Shown here piece after piece: positions 17,535-26,693 of a DNA stretch of 64,000 bases. Numbering within the stretch: position 1 is the stretch's first letter; the number at the start of each line of letters is the position of its first letter. The notes beneath the pieces were generated by a model. It worked only from the letters and a program-made list of their open reading frames with translations. It was not told where the DNA came from and made no database searches. The stretch is from an uncultured Gemmatimonadales bacterium (lineage in GTDB: Bacteria; Gemmatimonadota; Gemmatimonadetes; Gemmatimonadales; GWC2-71-9). Made by a program: the position numbers and the translations under genes. The DNA is taken from NCBI GenBank assembly GCA_963705985.1, contig CAVPLK010000004.1:200173-264172 (forward strand), written 5' to 3'.

Positions 17535-17912
17535 ATGATCGGACGCAGATTGGTCTCCGGATTGATGACCCTGATGGCGGTGCAGTTTGCCGCCCTGGGG
17601 GCCCAGCCGTTGTGCGCCGGTGATCATCACGGGGCGTCGACCGCGAGTGCGGGCGCCATGGGCGACATGTCCCACGACGGCCCGATGGACCATGGACCGA
17701 CGGAGCCTTGCGCCCCGACCGCACCAGACTCGAATTCCCCGCACTCACTGTCGAGCTGCCTCGCCATGACGGGGTGTGCCCCCACCGGCCTCACCTCACT
17801 CGGCGCCGTGGATGTGGTCGCTCCCCCAGTGACTTCTCACGCTGTCGGTTGCGAACCCGCGGCCCTGCGTTCCACCATCCCGACTCCGGAAACACCCCCT
17901 CCCATCGCCTGA
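17535..17912 (+). CDS. Small exported His/Met/Cys-rich protein (candidate periplasmic metal-binding protein, in the position CzcI holds in czc operons)
   Basis: Signal-like MIGRRLVSGLMTLMAVQFAALGAQ, then CAGDHHGASTASAGAMGDMSHDGPMDHG...SSCLAMTGCAP. It lies directly upstream of cusC. I recognise no family signature. Confidence 0.5.
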   Translation: MIGRRLVSGLMTLMAVQFAALGAQPLCAGDHHGASTASAGAMGDMSHDGPMDHGPTEPCAPTAPDSNSPHSLSSCLAMTGCAPTGLTSLGAVDVVAPPVTSHAVGCEPAALRSTIPTPETPPPIA

Positions 17913-17983
17913 TCCGCATTTGTTGGTGATTTCGCCGAGTGCGCCAACGACGCACTCGGCACCACACAAACCAGGATCAGGAA

Positions 17984-19327
17984 ATGAATACGCGCTCCCC
18001 CTCCCCGGGGTGTCGCGCCGCGTGGCTGCTTCGGGCCGTGCGACGCATGCTCCCAACCATTCTCGTCGGCACGTGGCTGGCCCTGCCGCTGGCCGGCCAG
18101 AGCCCGTCCGATCCACTCACCATCGACGCGCTCTACCGCGCGGTGGACAGCCTGAGCCCCAGGATCGCGGCGGCGCGTGCATCGGCCGATGCCGCACTGG
18201 CCCGCGTCCCGGGCAACCGCCGCCTTCCCGACCCCAGGCTGCAGCTCTCCACCATGAACCGTCAGCTCCCGGGATTCGAGCTCCAGCAGCCGCTGGGGAT
18301 GAACCAGATCCTGGTGAGCCAGATGTTCCCCATTCCAGGGACCGGCAAACTCGGCCTGGCGGGCGACGTTGCACAGTCGCGGGCCGATGCCGAGCAGGCT
18401 TGGGTGGGAGAGTCGATATGGGAGCAGCGCACTCGCGCAGCGATGGCGTTCTACGATCTCTACCAGGCGGAGGGGACGCTGGTCGTGATGCGTGAAACGC
18501 TCCAGTTACTCGAAGCGGTGTCTTCCACCGTGAACGGAATGTATTCGGTGGGGGAGGCGAGGCAGGCCGATGTCCTCCGGGCTCAACTCGAGATTGGCAG
18601 GATGACCGGGCAGGTAGCGGAGATGGAGGCCATGCGCCGGACCATGGCCACCCGGCTCAACACGGTGTTGGACCGCCCGCCGAACGCATCGACCGGCATA
18701 CCGGTGCTGCCCCAGTTTCCCGAGGCCATCCTCCCGACGGATTCGTTGACGATCGCAGCGATGGGCTCCCGGGGCATGCTGCAGGCCGCCGCCGACCAGG
18801 TCCGTGCCGCCACGGCCGCGGAACAACTCGCGCGGCGCGAGATCTGGCCGGACCTCGAACTCGGGGTGAGCTACGGACGACAGCCCATGGCGGACGGCGG
18901 CACCGGCCAGATGATGAGCTTTATGCTCGGGGCCTCCGTGCCGATCTGGGCGGGAAGCCGCCAGTTGAAGATGCGGGACGAGACGACGGCGATGCGCCAA
19001 ATGGCCGCCGATGACCTGAAGGCGATGCAGGCCGATACGCGCGGCCGTGTCGCCGAACTCGTCGCCGAACTCGAACGGACCCGGGTCCTGCGCGCCATCT
19101 ATGCCCGGACCCTCCTTCCCCAGGCCGATGCGACCCTCAATTCCGCCCGCGCCGCCTACCAGGTGGGAAATGTGGATTTCATGACCTTTCTCGACGCATT
19201 CACGGCGGTATACGGCTATCACATCCAGGTGATCCGGCTGGACGCCGCCCAGGGACAGGCGCTGGCCGAACTCGAAATGGTCACTGCACACCCGATCGTC
19301 ACCTCCGCGCCCGGAGGCGCCCAATGA
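17984..19327 (+). CDS. cusC: TolC-family outer-membrane efflux protein of the heavy-metal RND system
   Basis: AGGAAATG start. The two-repeat OEP pattern (..LYRAVDSLSPRIAAARA.., ..DQVRAATAAEQLARREIWPDLELGVSY..). ATGA overlap with cusB. Confidence 0.85.
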   Translation: MNTRSPSPGCRAAWLLRAVRRMLPTILVGTWLALPLAGQSPSDPLTIDALYRAVDSLSPRIAAARASADAALARVPGNRRLPDPRLQLSTMNRQLPGFELQQPLGMNQILVSQMFPIPGTGKLGLAGDVAQSRADAEQAWVGESIWEQRTRAAMAFYDLYQAEGTLVVMRETLQLLEAVSSTVNGMYSVGEARQADVLRAQLEIGRMTGQVAEMEAMRRTMATRLNTVLDRPPNASTGIPVLPQFPEAILPTDSLTIAAMGSRGMLQAAADQVRAATAAEQLARREIWPDLELGVSYGRQPMADGGTGQMMSFMLGASVPIWAGSRQLKMRDETTAMRQMAADDLKAMQADTRGRVAELVAELERTRVLRAIYARTLLPQADATLNSARAAYQVGNVDFMTFLDAFTAVYGYHIQVIRLDAAQGQALAELEMVTAHPIVTSAPGGAQ

Positions 19328-20628
19328 CCACTTCCCCCTTTTCCAGCCGTATCAACTCACCGGGCCGTCGTCGGCTGCTGGCCGGCCTGGCCGTCGTACT
19401 GCTCCTGGCAACCGCGGCGGTCGCGTACTGGGCGACCCGCATCCCCGCGCCGGGGGGGGCCTCCGTCGAACACAACCACGCTGCCGCCGCGATCGCCGAC
19501 AGCGCACAGCCGATCATGCTCTCGGCCGAGGACGCCAGTCGCATCGGTGTCACGGTCGCGGAGGTGACGCGTGACCCCATGGAGCGCGAGGTCCGGACCG
19601 TGGCTCAGGTGGCGTACGACGAGACCCGGGTAACCACCGTCGCCCTCAAGATCGACGGCTGGGTGGAGCGATTGTACGTGAACATCACCGGCCAGCCGGT
19701 GCGCAAGGGCGAACCGCTGCTTGACCTCTATTCGCCGATGCTGGTGAGCGCGCAAGAGGAACTGCTGATCGCGCTACGGCTCTCGGCCGACGTGGCGGCG
19801 GGGACAGCTTCCGCGCGAGCCGGAGCGGAGGATCTGCTGCAATCGGCCCGGCGCCGTCTGGCCTATTGGGATGTGGGGCCGGACGTCCTTGCGGCCATTG
19901 AGCAGGGTGGGAAGGCGCGAAAGGCGGTTCCGTTCGCATCTCCTGTCTCGGGCATCGTCATCGAGAAGCCGGTGCTGGCGGGTCAGCGCGTCATGGCGGG
20001 AGAGCCGCTCTATCAGATCGCCGACCTGAGCCGGGTCTGGCTGGAAGGCGAGGTCTTTGAACCGGACCTCGTGGCGGCGCGCGTCGGCCTCGAGGTGACC
20101 GCCGAGTTTCCGGCGATCCCTGGGGCGCAACGGAGCGGTCGCATCACCTACGTCTACCCGACGCTTGATTCGGAGACCCGGACCGGTCGCATCCGGGTGG
20201 AGTTGCCAAACACGGACCTGGCCCTGAAGCCGGGGATGTACGCCACGATCCGGTTTCGCGGCCAGCCCCGCCAGGCTCTCGCGGTTCCAAGATCCGCGGT
20301 CCTGGCCACTGGAGAACGGAACTTCGTGTTCGTCGTCGATCCCGACGGGATGTTCACGCCCCGCGACGTGACGATCGGCGCGGCCACCGACGATCGCATC
20401 GAAATTCTCGGAGGCCTCTCGCCCGGCGAGCGGGTGGTGGCGTCAGGCACCTTCTTGCTCGACGCCGAGTCGAACCTCGGTGCCGCGATGGGAGGGATGG
20501 GAGACATGCCGGGGATGGACATGAAAGCGCCGAGCAAGCGCAGCACCCCGCGGGACAGCGCGACCATGCCAGGAATGACACTGCCGGCTCCGGCGAAGGG
20601 AGGAGCCGATGCTCAAATGGATCATTGA
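19324..20628 (+). CDS. cusB: RND periplasmic adaptor (CusB/CzcB-like) with a Met-rich C-terminal tail
   Basis: VAYDETRVTTVALKIDGWVERLYVN..GQPVRKGEPLLDLYSP...SPVSGIVIEK. Tail GAAMGGMGDMPGMDMK...TMPGMTLP. Confidence 0.85.
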   Translation: MTTSPFSSRINSPGRRRLLAGLAVVLLLATAAVAYWATRIPAPGGASVEHNHAAAAIADSAQPIMLSAEDASRIGVTVAEVTRDPMEREVRTVAQVAYDETRVTTVALKIDGWVERLYVNITGQPVRKGEPLLDLYSPMLVSAQEELLIALRLSADVAAGTASARAGAEDLLQSARRRLAYWDVGPDVLAAIEQGGKARKAVPFASPVSGIVIEKPVLAGQRVMAGEPLYQIADLSRVWLEGEVFEPDLVAARVGLEVTAEFPAIPGAQRSGRITYVYPTLDSETRTGRIRVELPNTDLALKPGMYATIRFRGQPRQALAVPRSAVLATGERNFVFVVDPDGMFTPRDVTIGAATDDRIEILGGLSPGERVVASGTFLLDAESNLGAAMGGMGDMPGMDMKAPSKRSTPRDSATMPGMTLPAPAKGGADAQMDH

Positions 20629-23600
20629 CTGGTCGCTGCAGAACCGCGCGATCGTCCTGCTTTTCGCGCTGGCGGCCGTGGTCGGGGGCATCTTCGCTCT
20701 CCGCGCCACGCCCCTCGAGGCCCTCCCTGACCTGAGCGATGTGCAGGTCATCGTCCAGGCGGAATTCAGCGAACAGGCACCCCGGATCGTGGAAGACCAG
20801 GTCACGTATCCGATCGCCGCGGAGATGCTGAAGGTGCCGGGCGCCCGCGTGGTGCGTGGATACTCCTTCTTCGGCATCTCGTTCGTGTACGTGATCTTCG
20901 AGGACGACACCGATCTCTACTGGGCCCGCTCCCGGGTGCTGGAGTACTTGAACGGCATCCAGGGGAAGCTCCCCGCAAACGTGTCCCCCATCCTGGGACC
21001 CGACGCCACCGGCCTCGGCTGGGTGTTCCAGTACAGCATCGAGGACACCACCGGGCGGATGACGCTCGCGGAGCTCCGCAGTCTCCAGGACTGGCAATTG
21101 CGCTACGCCCTGACGGCGGTGCCCGGGGTGTCGGAAGTGGCGAGCATCGGCGGGTTCGAGAAGCAATACCAGGTCGACCTCGACCCGGCGCGCCTCCTAG
21201 CCTATCGGGTTCCGATCACCGCCGTGATGACCGCCATCCAGAACGCCAATTCCGATGTCGGTGCCATGGTGGTCGAGCTGACCGAGCGGGAGTACATGGT
21301 CCGCGGGCTGGGCTACCTCAAGAGCCTGAGCGATATCGAGAACGTCGTCGTGGGGGCCACGCGGAGCGGGACACCAATCCGTGTCGCGGAGCTCGGCCGC
21401 GTCAGCGTCGGGCCGGCGGTGCGCCGGGGGATCGCCGAACTCGACGGCCGGGGCGACGCGGTGGGCGGCATCGTCGTCATGCGGTCGGGGCAGAATGCCC
21501 TGGCCACCATCGACCGCGTCAAGGCGAAGCTCGCGGAGATCCAGGCGGGGCTTCCGCCCGGAGTGATCGTACGGCCGGTCTACGATCGCAGCGACCTGAT
21601 TCTGCGCGCCATCGAGACCCTGCGGGAGAAGCTTCTCGATGAGAGTCTCATTGTGGCATTGGTCTGCATCGTCTTTCTCCTGCACGCCCGGTCGGCGCTG
21701 GTGGCCATTCTCACCCTTCCGATCGGCATCCTGATGGCGTTCATCGCCATGCGGTGGGTGGGCGTGGGGGCCGACATCATGTCGCTCGGTGGAATTGCCA
21801 TTGCCATCGGGGCGATGATTGACGCCGCCATCGTGATGATCGAAAACCTGCACAAGCACCTGGAGCGTGCGGTAGATGCCAAGCGGCGCCAGGCGGGACA
21901 TCCGGTGACGGGGGCGTCGTACGACACCGCCGTGCTCTCGCAGGGAGAACGATGGCGGATCGTGGGCGCATCGGCGCGAGAGGTCGGGCCAGCGCTCTTC
22001 TTTTCCCTGCTCATCATCACCGTCTCCTTCATCCCGGTCTTCACCCTCGAAGGCCAGGAGGGGCGCCTCTTTCACCCGCTGGCCTATACCAAGACGTTTT
22101 CGATGGCCGCCGCCAGCCTGCTTGCCATCACGCTCGTCCCAGTCACGATGGGGCTGTTCATCCGGGGTCGGTTGTACCGCGAAACAGCCAACCCGGTCAA
22201 TCGGTTTCTCATCCGGCTCTACCGCCCCATGATCGCGTCCGTGCTCCGGCACCGATGGGCCGTCGTGACGGTGGCCGGGATGGCGGTGATGCTGAGCTGG
22301 ATTCCCTGGAAGCGACTGGGGAGCGAGTTCATGCCACCATTGCATGAGGGAACCATTCTCTACATGCCGACGACCCTCCCCGGCATCAGCATCGCGAGGG
22401 CCCGGGAGCTCCTGCGGATCCAGGACCAGATCCTCAAGAGCTTCCCCGAGGTAGACCATGTGTGGGGGAAAGCGGGCCGGGCCAACACCGCGACCGACCC
22501 GGCCGGGCTCGATATGTTCGAGACGACGATCACCCTCAAGCCCGAATCGGAATGGCGTCCCGGTATGACCAGTGAACGACTCGTGGCCGAAATGGACTCG
22601 GCGCTGCGCCTGCCCGGCACGACCAACGCCTGGACGATGCCGATCAAGGGGCGCATCGATATGCTTGCCACCGGCATCCGCACGCCCGTCGGCGTCAAGA
22701 TTTTCGGTCCCGATCTTGGCGAACTTGAACGATTGGGGCGGGAAGTCGAGGACGCCGTCCGCATGGTTCCGGGGACCCGCTCGGCATTCGCCGAGCGCGC
22801 GGTGTCGGGATACTACCTCGATATCGACATCGATCGCGCCGAAGCGGCGCGTCACGGCCTCAACGTCGGTGATGTCCAGACTGTCATCGCGACGGCCGTC
22901 GGCGGAATGACTGTCACCCAGACGGTTGAGGGACGGGAACGCTACGGCGTCCGTATCCGCTACCCCCACGAACTGCGCGACACTCCCGAGCGCCTCGCCT
23001 CGGTCCTGATTCCTGTGAGTCATGGACTTGGCGGCAGCCCAGGCACGGCCATGTCCGGCGGCATGGGCAGCGCCTCGGCTGTGGGGTTGGCACCCGGAGC
23101 GGAGACATTCGTCCCGCTGGGGCAGATCGCCACGATCAGGCAGGAGGCGGGGCCGATGGTCGTGCGAACAGAAGGCGCACAACCGACCGCCTGGGTCTTC
23201 ATCGACGTGGGTGACCGCGATATCGGTAGTTACGTCGCCGAGGCCCGCGCCATGGTGGAGCGGGCGGTGACACTGCCGACGGGGTACACAATGGTCTGGA
23301 GCGGCCAGTACGAGTACATGCAGCGCGCGGCGGCCAAGCTGAAGGTGGTCGTGCCAGCGACACTCGGAATTATCCTACTGCTGCTCTTCTTCAATTTCGG
23401 CCGCCTGGGTGAAACGGCGATCGTGATGCTGTCGCTCCCGTTTTCGCTCGTCGGCGGACTCTGGTTCATCTGGCTTCTCGACTACAACTGGTCGGTAGCC
23501 GTCGCCATCGGGTTCGTGGCCCTCGCCGGCGTCGCGGCGGAAACCGGGGTGATCATGCTCATCTATCTCGACCACGCCTGGCAGGCGAAGCGTGCCGCGG

Positions 23601-23854
23601 GCCGCACCCCCAGCTTGGATGACTTGTACGAGGCAGTGATGGAGGGGGCGGTCGAGCGCGTCCGCCCGAAACTGATGACGGTGACCGCCATCATGGCGGG
23701 CCTGCTGCCTATCCTCTGGGGGACGGGCGCGGGTGCCAGTGTCATGAAGCGGATCGCGGCACCGATGGTGGGAGGGATGATCAGCAGCTCCATCCTGACC
23801 CTCCTCGTCATTCCCGCCATCTACTCACTCTGGAAGGAACGGGAGATCACATGA
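20609..23854 (+). CDS. cusA: Heavy-metal efflux RND pump, CusA/CzcA family
   Basis: MLKWIIDWSLQNR...LEALPDLSDVQVIVQAEFSEQAPRIVEDQVTYPI...FFGISFVYVIFEDDTDLYWARSRVLEYLNG. 1081 aa, intact. Confidence 0.95.
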   Translation: MLKWIIDWSLQNRAIVLLFALAAVVGGIFALRATPLEALPDLSDVQVIVQAEFSEQAPRIVEDQVTYPIAAEMLKVPGARVVRGYSFFGISFVYVIFEDDTDLYWARSRVLEYLNGIQGKLPANVSPILGPDATGLGWVFQYSIEDTTGRMTLAELRSLQDWQLRYALTAVPGVSEVASIGGFEKQYQVDLDPARLLAYRVPITAVMTAIQNANSDVGAMVVELTEREYMVRGLGYLKSLSDIENVVVGATRSGTPIRVAELGRVSVGPAVRRGIAELDGRGDAVGGIVVMRSGQNALATIDRVKAKLAEIQAGLPPGVIVRPVYDRSDLILRAIETLREKLLDESLIVALVCIVFLLHARSALVAILTLPIGILMAFIAMRWVGVGADIMSLGGIAIAIGAMIDAAIVMIENLHKHLERAVDAKRRQAGHPVTGASYDTAVLSQGERWRIVGASAREVGPALFFSLLIITVSFIPVFTLEGQEGRLFHPLAYTKTFSMAAASLLAITLVPVTMGLFIRGRLYRETANPVNRFLIRLYRPMIASVLRHRWAVVTVAGMAVMLSWIPWKRLGSEFMPPLHEGTILYMPTTLPGISIARARELLRIQDQILKSFPEVDHVWGKAGRANTATDPAGLDMFETTITLKPESEWRPGMTSERLVAEMDSALRLPGTTNAWTMPIKGRIDMLATGIRTPVGVKIFGPDLGELERLGREVEDAVRMVPGTRSAFAERAVSGYYLDIDIDRAEAARHGLNVGDVQTVIATAVGGMTVTQTVEGRERYGVRIRYPHELRDTPERLASVLIPVSHGLGGSPGTAMSGGMGSASAVGLAPGAETFVPLGQIATIRQEAGPMVVRTEGAQPTAWVFIDVGDRDIGSYVAEARAMVERAVTLPTGYTMVWSGQYEYMQRAAAKLKVVVPATLGIILLLLFFNFGRLGETAIVMLSLPFSLVGGLWFIWLLDYNWSVAVAIGFVALAGVAAETGVIMLIYLDHAWQAKRAAGRTPSLDDLYEAVMEGAVERVRPKLMTVTAIMAGLLPILWGTGAGASVMKRIAAPMVGGMISSSILTLLVIPAIYSLWKEREIT

Positions 23855-25908
23855 CCGCCCAGCACGCTCGCGCGCATCATCACGATAACATGCCAGGCTC
23901 GGCACGCGCGGCGAGCCACGACCATGCCTCCATGATGGCCGACCCGAACATGGCCAAGGAGATGGAGAAGGACATGCGCCGCCGCTTCTGGGTGGCGCTC
24001 GCCTTCACCATCCCCGTCACCCTCCTGGCCGGGCACATCCCGGGAGTGCCGATGCTCCTCCACCCGCCGCTGGTGGGCTGGGTCGAGCTGGTGCTCTCGA
24101 TTCCCGTGGTCTGGTGGGCGGGCTGGGTCTTCATCAGCGGCAGCTACCACGCGCTGAGCAGTCGAAAGCTCGACATGTCGGTGCTGATCGCCACCGGCGT
24201 CCTCGCGGCCTGGCTGTCGAGTCTCTACCTGACGATCATCGCGGAACCGACGTCGTACTACGAGGCGGCGTGCATGCTCGTCACGTTCGTGCTGTTCGGG
24301 CACTGGATGGAGATGAAGTCGCGCAGGGGGACCTCGGACGCACTCCGCGCCCTTTTCGCCCTGGTGCCGCCCACCGCGCGGGTGCTGCGAGACGGCAGGG
24401 AGGTGGAGGTACCGACGAGTGAGGTGGTCGTGGGGGACCTGCTCCGGCTCCGCCCGGGCGACAAGATCCCGGTGGACGGGGAACTCACCGAGGGAGCGAC
24501 CGACGTCGACGAGGCGCTGGTGACCGGCGAGAGCCTGCCGGTCAAGCGAAACCCGGGGGATCCCCTCGTCGGTGGGGCGATCAACGTGACCAGCGCCGTC
24601 ACCATGCGCGCCACACGGGTCGGCAAGGACACCGTGCTGGCGCAAATTGCCGACCTGGTGTCCAAGGCCCAGAACTCGAAGGCGCCACGGCAGCGACTCG
24701 CCGACAAGGCCGCGGCGATCCTCGTCGTCGTGGCCGTGAGCGCGGGCGTGCTGACGTTCGCCGGCTGGAGCCTCCTTGCCGACGCGCCATTCCTCACCGC
24801 CCTGACCTTTTCCATCTCCGCCGTCGTCATCGCATGCCCAGATGCTTTCGGGCTGGCCACCCCCACCGCGGTGGCAGTCGGCACCGGCCTCGGCGCGAAA
24901 CACAACATCCTGATCAAGGACGCAGCCACCCTCGAGGGACTCAGCCGGATCGAGGTGCTCGTCCTCGACAAGACCGGGACCATCACCGAGGGGACGCCGA
25001 GTGTGACGGACATTCTCCCGGCCCATGGGCACACGAAGAATGAACTGCTGATTCGGGCGGCCGCCCTGGCGGGCAAGTCCACCCATCCGTTGTCACGCGC
25101 CATCTCGGCCGCCGCGGAGGCAAAGCGCCTTGCCATTGCCGACCAGGTGTCTGAGGTAGCCGACCGCCCCGGCAGGGGGATGGAGGGGTTGATCGGGGGA
25201 GCCCGGGTGTTGCTCGGCAACGCAGCGCTCCTTCACGACAACCTGGTGGATCGCACCGAGCTCAAGTCCGCTGCCTCGGACCTGGCGGCCCAGGGGCGGT
25301 CGCTGGTCTGGGTCGCCTCCGGAGGCGAGGCGGTGGGCGTCATCGGCATCACCGACGCGGTACGACCGACGTCGGCCGGGGCGATCGAGGAGCTGAAGGC
25401 CATGGGCATCGAACCGGTGCTCATGAGCGGCGATCTGCGGGAAACCGCCGAGCGCGTGGCAACGAGCGTGGGCATTGCCCGCGTGCTGGCCGAGGTGCGA
25501 CCGGAGCAGAAGGCAGCGCAGGTGAACGCGCTCCAGGCGGAGGGACAGTTCGTGGCGATGGTGGGCGACGGCGTCAACGATGCGCCGGCGCTGGCGCAGG
25601 CGGACATCGGGATCGCCATCGGCAAGGGAACGGACGTGGCAATCGAGGCGGCGCAGGTGGTGCTGATGCGCTCCGATCCGGCAGATATCGCGCGCGCCAT
25701 CCGCTTGAGCAGGGCCACCGTGCGGAAGATGAAGCAGAATCTCGTGTGGGCCAGCGTCTACAACCTGCTGGCCATCCCCGTGGCGGCGGGAGTGTTCTAC
25801 AACTCCCTCGGCTGGTCGCTGCGGCCGGAGGTGTCGGCGTTGCTGATGTCGGCCTCGTCGATCATCGTGGCGCTGAACGCGGTATCATTGAGGTGGGCAA
25901 AGATCTGA
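23851..25908 (+). CDS. P1B-type heavy-metal ATPase with a His-rich N-terminus and a CPD transmembrane motif
   Basis: ATGA overlap with cusA. MTAQHARAHHHDNMPGSARAASHDH; TGESLPV; ACPDAFGLATP (tgc cca gat at 24835-24843); DKTGTITEG; MVGDGVNDAPAL; MSASSIIVALNA. Confidence 0.95.
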   Translation: MTAQHARAHHHDNMPGSARAASHDHASMMADPNMAKEMEKDMRRRFWVALAFTIPVTLLAGHIPGVPMLLHPPLVGWVELVLSIPVVWWAGWVFISGSYHALSSRKLDMSVLIATGVLAAWLSSLYLTIIAEPTSYYEAACMLVTFVLFGHWMEMKSRRGTSDALRALFALVPPTARVLRDGREVEVPTSEVVVGDLLRLRPGDKIPVDGELTEGATDVDEALVTGESLPVKRNPGDPLVGGAINVTSAVTMRATRVGKDTVLAQIADLVSKAQNSKAPRQRLADKAAAILVVVAVSAGVLTFAGWSLLADAPFLTALTFSISAVVIACPDAFGLATPTAVAVGTGLGAKHNILIKDAATLEGLSRIEVLVLDKTGTITEGTPSVTDILPAHGHTKNELLIRAAALAGKSTHPLSRAISAAAEAKRLAIADQVSEVADRPGRGMEGLIGGARVLLGNAALLHDNLVDRTELKSAASDLAAQGRSLVWVASGGEAVGVIGITDAVRPTSAGAIEELKAMGIEPVLMSGDLRETAERVATSVGIARVLAEVRPEQKAAQVNALQAEGQFVAMVGDGVNDAPALAQADIGIAIGKGTDVAIEAAQVVLMRSDPADIARAIRLSRATVRKMKQNLVWASVYNLLAIPVAAGVFYNSLGWSLRPEVSALLMSASSIIVALNAVSLRWAKI

Positions 25909-25911
25909 CAA

Positions 25912-25989
25912 CAGCGGGGCAGCGGGGCAGCGGGGCAGCGGGGCACGAAGATGGGACGCTCGTCACCCCGGCGAAAGCCGGGGTCCAAG
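25912..25989 (+). repeat. Composite element: octamer array CAGCGGGG x4 plus a family 2 GNRA hairpin
   Basis: cagcgggg x4 (25912-25943), an 18-nt spacer, then GTCA-CCCCGGC-gaaa-GCCGGGG-TCCAAG (25962-25989). It begins 4 nt after the ATPase stop. Confidence 0.9.
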
Positions 25990-26018
25990 TCAAGCTACCT
26001 AGTGAACGGACAACCGCG

Positions 26019-26627
26019 ATGTGGGATGCACGGTACGCGTCACCTGACTTTGTGTACGGCACCGAGCCGAACGATTTTCTGGCCTCGGTCGCATCACACA
26101 TTCCGAAGGGCCGGGTGCTCTCCATCGCCGATGGCGAGGGCCGGAACGGCGTCTACCTGGCCACGCTCGGCCACGACGTCACCTCGATTGATGCCTCGCC
26201 CGTGGGGTTGGCCAAGGCGCAGCGCCTTGCCGGCGCGCGCGGCGTCCATATTACCACCACCGTCGCCGACCTCGCCGAGTATCCCATCGCACCGGGCGCG
26301 TGGGAAGGGATCGTCTCGATCTTCTGTCACCTTCCGGCGCCGTTGCGGCAAGCGGTACACACCCAGGTCGTCCGCGGACTGGCGCCAGGCGGGGTCTATG
26401 TGATGGAAAGCTACTCGGTGGACCAGCTCCGCCACGGAACCGGCGGCCCGAGTTCAGCCGACTTGCTGCTGACGCTCAAGCTGGCGCGTGCCGAGTTGCC
26501 CGGGCTCGAGTTCCTGCATGCGGCGGAACTCGAACGCGATGTGCAGGAGGGGGCGTGTCACAGCGGCCGCAGCGCCGTCGTTCAGGTGCTCGCCCGGAAG
26601 CGCCGACGCCGACTCAGGATGTTGTAA
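26019..26627 (+). CDS. Class I SAM-dependent methyltransferase (TehB-like)
   Basis: MWDARYASPDFVYGTEPNDFL...VLSIADGEGRNGVYLA..GHDVTSIDASPVGL. This includes the SAM-binding motif I. Confidence 0.8.
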   Translation: MWDARYASPDFVYGTEPNDFLASVASHIPKGRVLSIADGEGRNGVYLATLGHDVTSIDASPVGLAKAQRLAGARGVHITTTVADLAEYPIAPGAWEGIVSIFCHLPAPLRQAVHTQVVRGLAPGGVYVMESYSVDQLRHGTGGPSSADLLLTLKLARAELPGLEFLHAAELERDVQEGACHSGRSAVVQVLARKRRRRLRML

Positions 26628-26693
26628 ACGTGAGCTGGACACTGCCGTGTGCGACGGAGGTGTCAGGGGAACGGCCTCGCGAGTGACATCACC

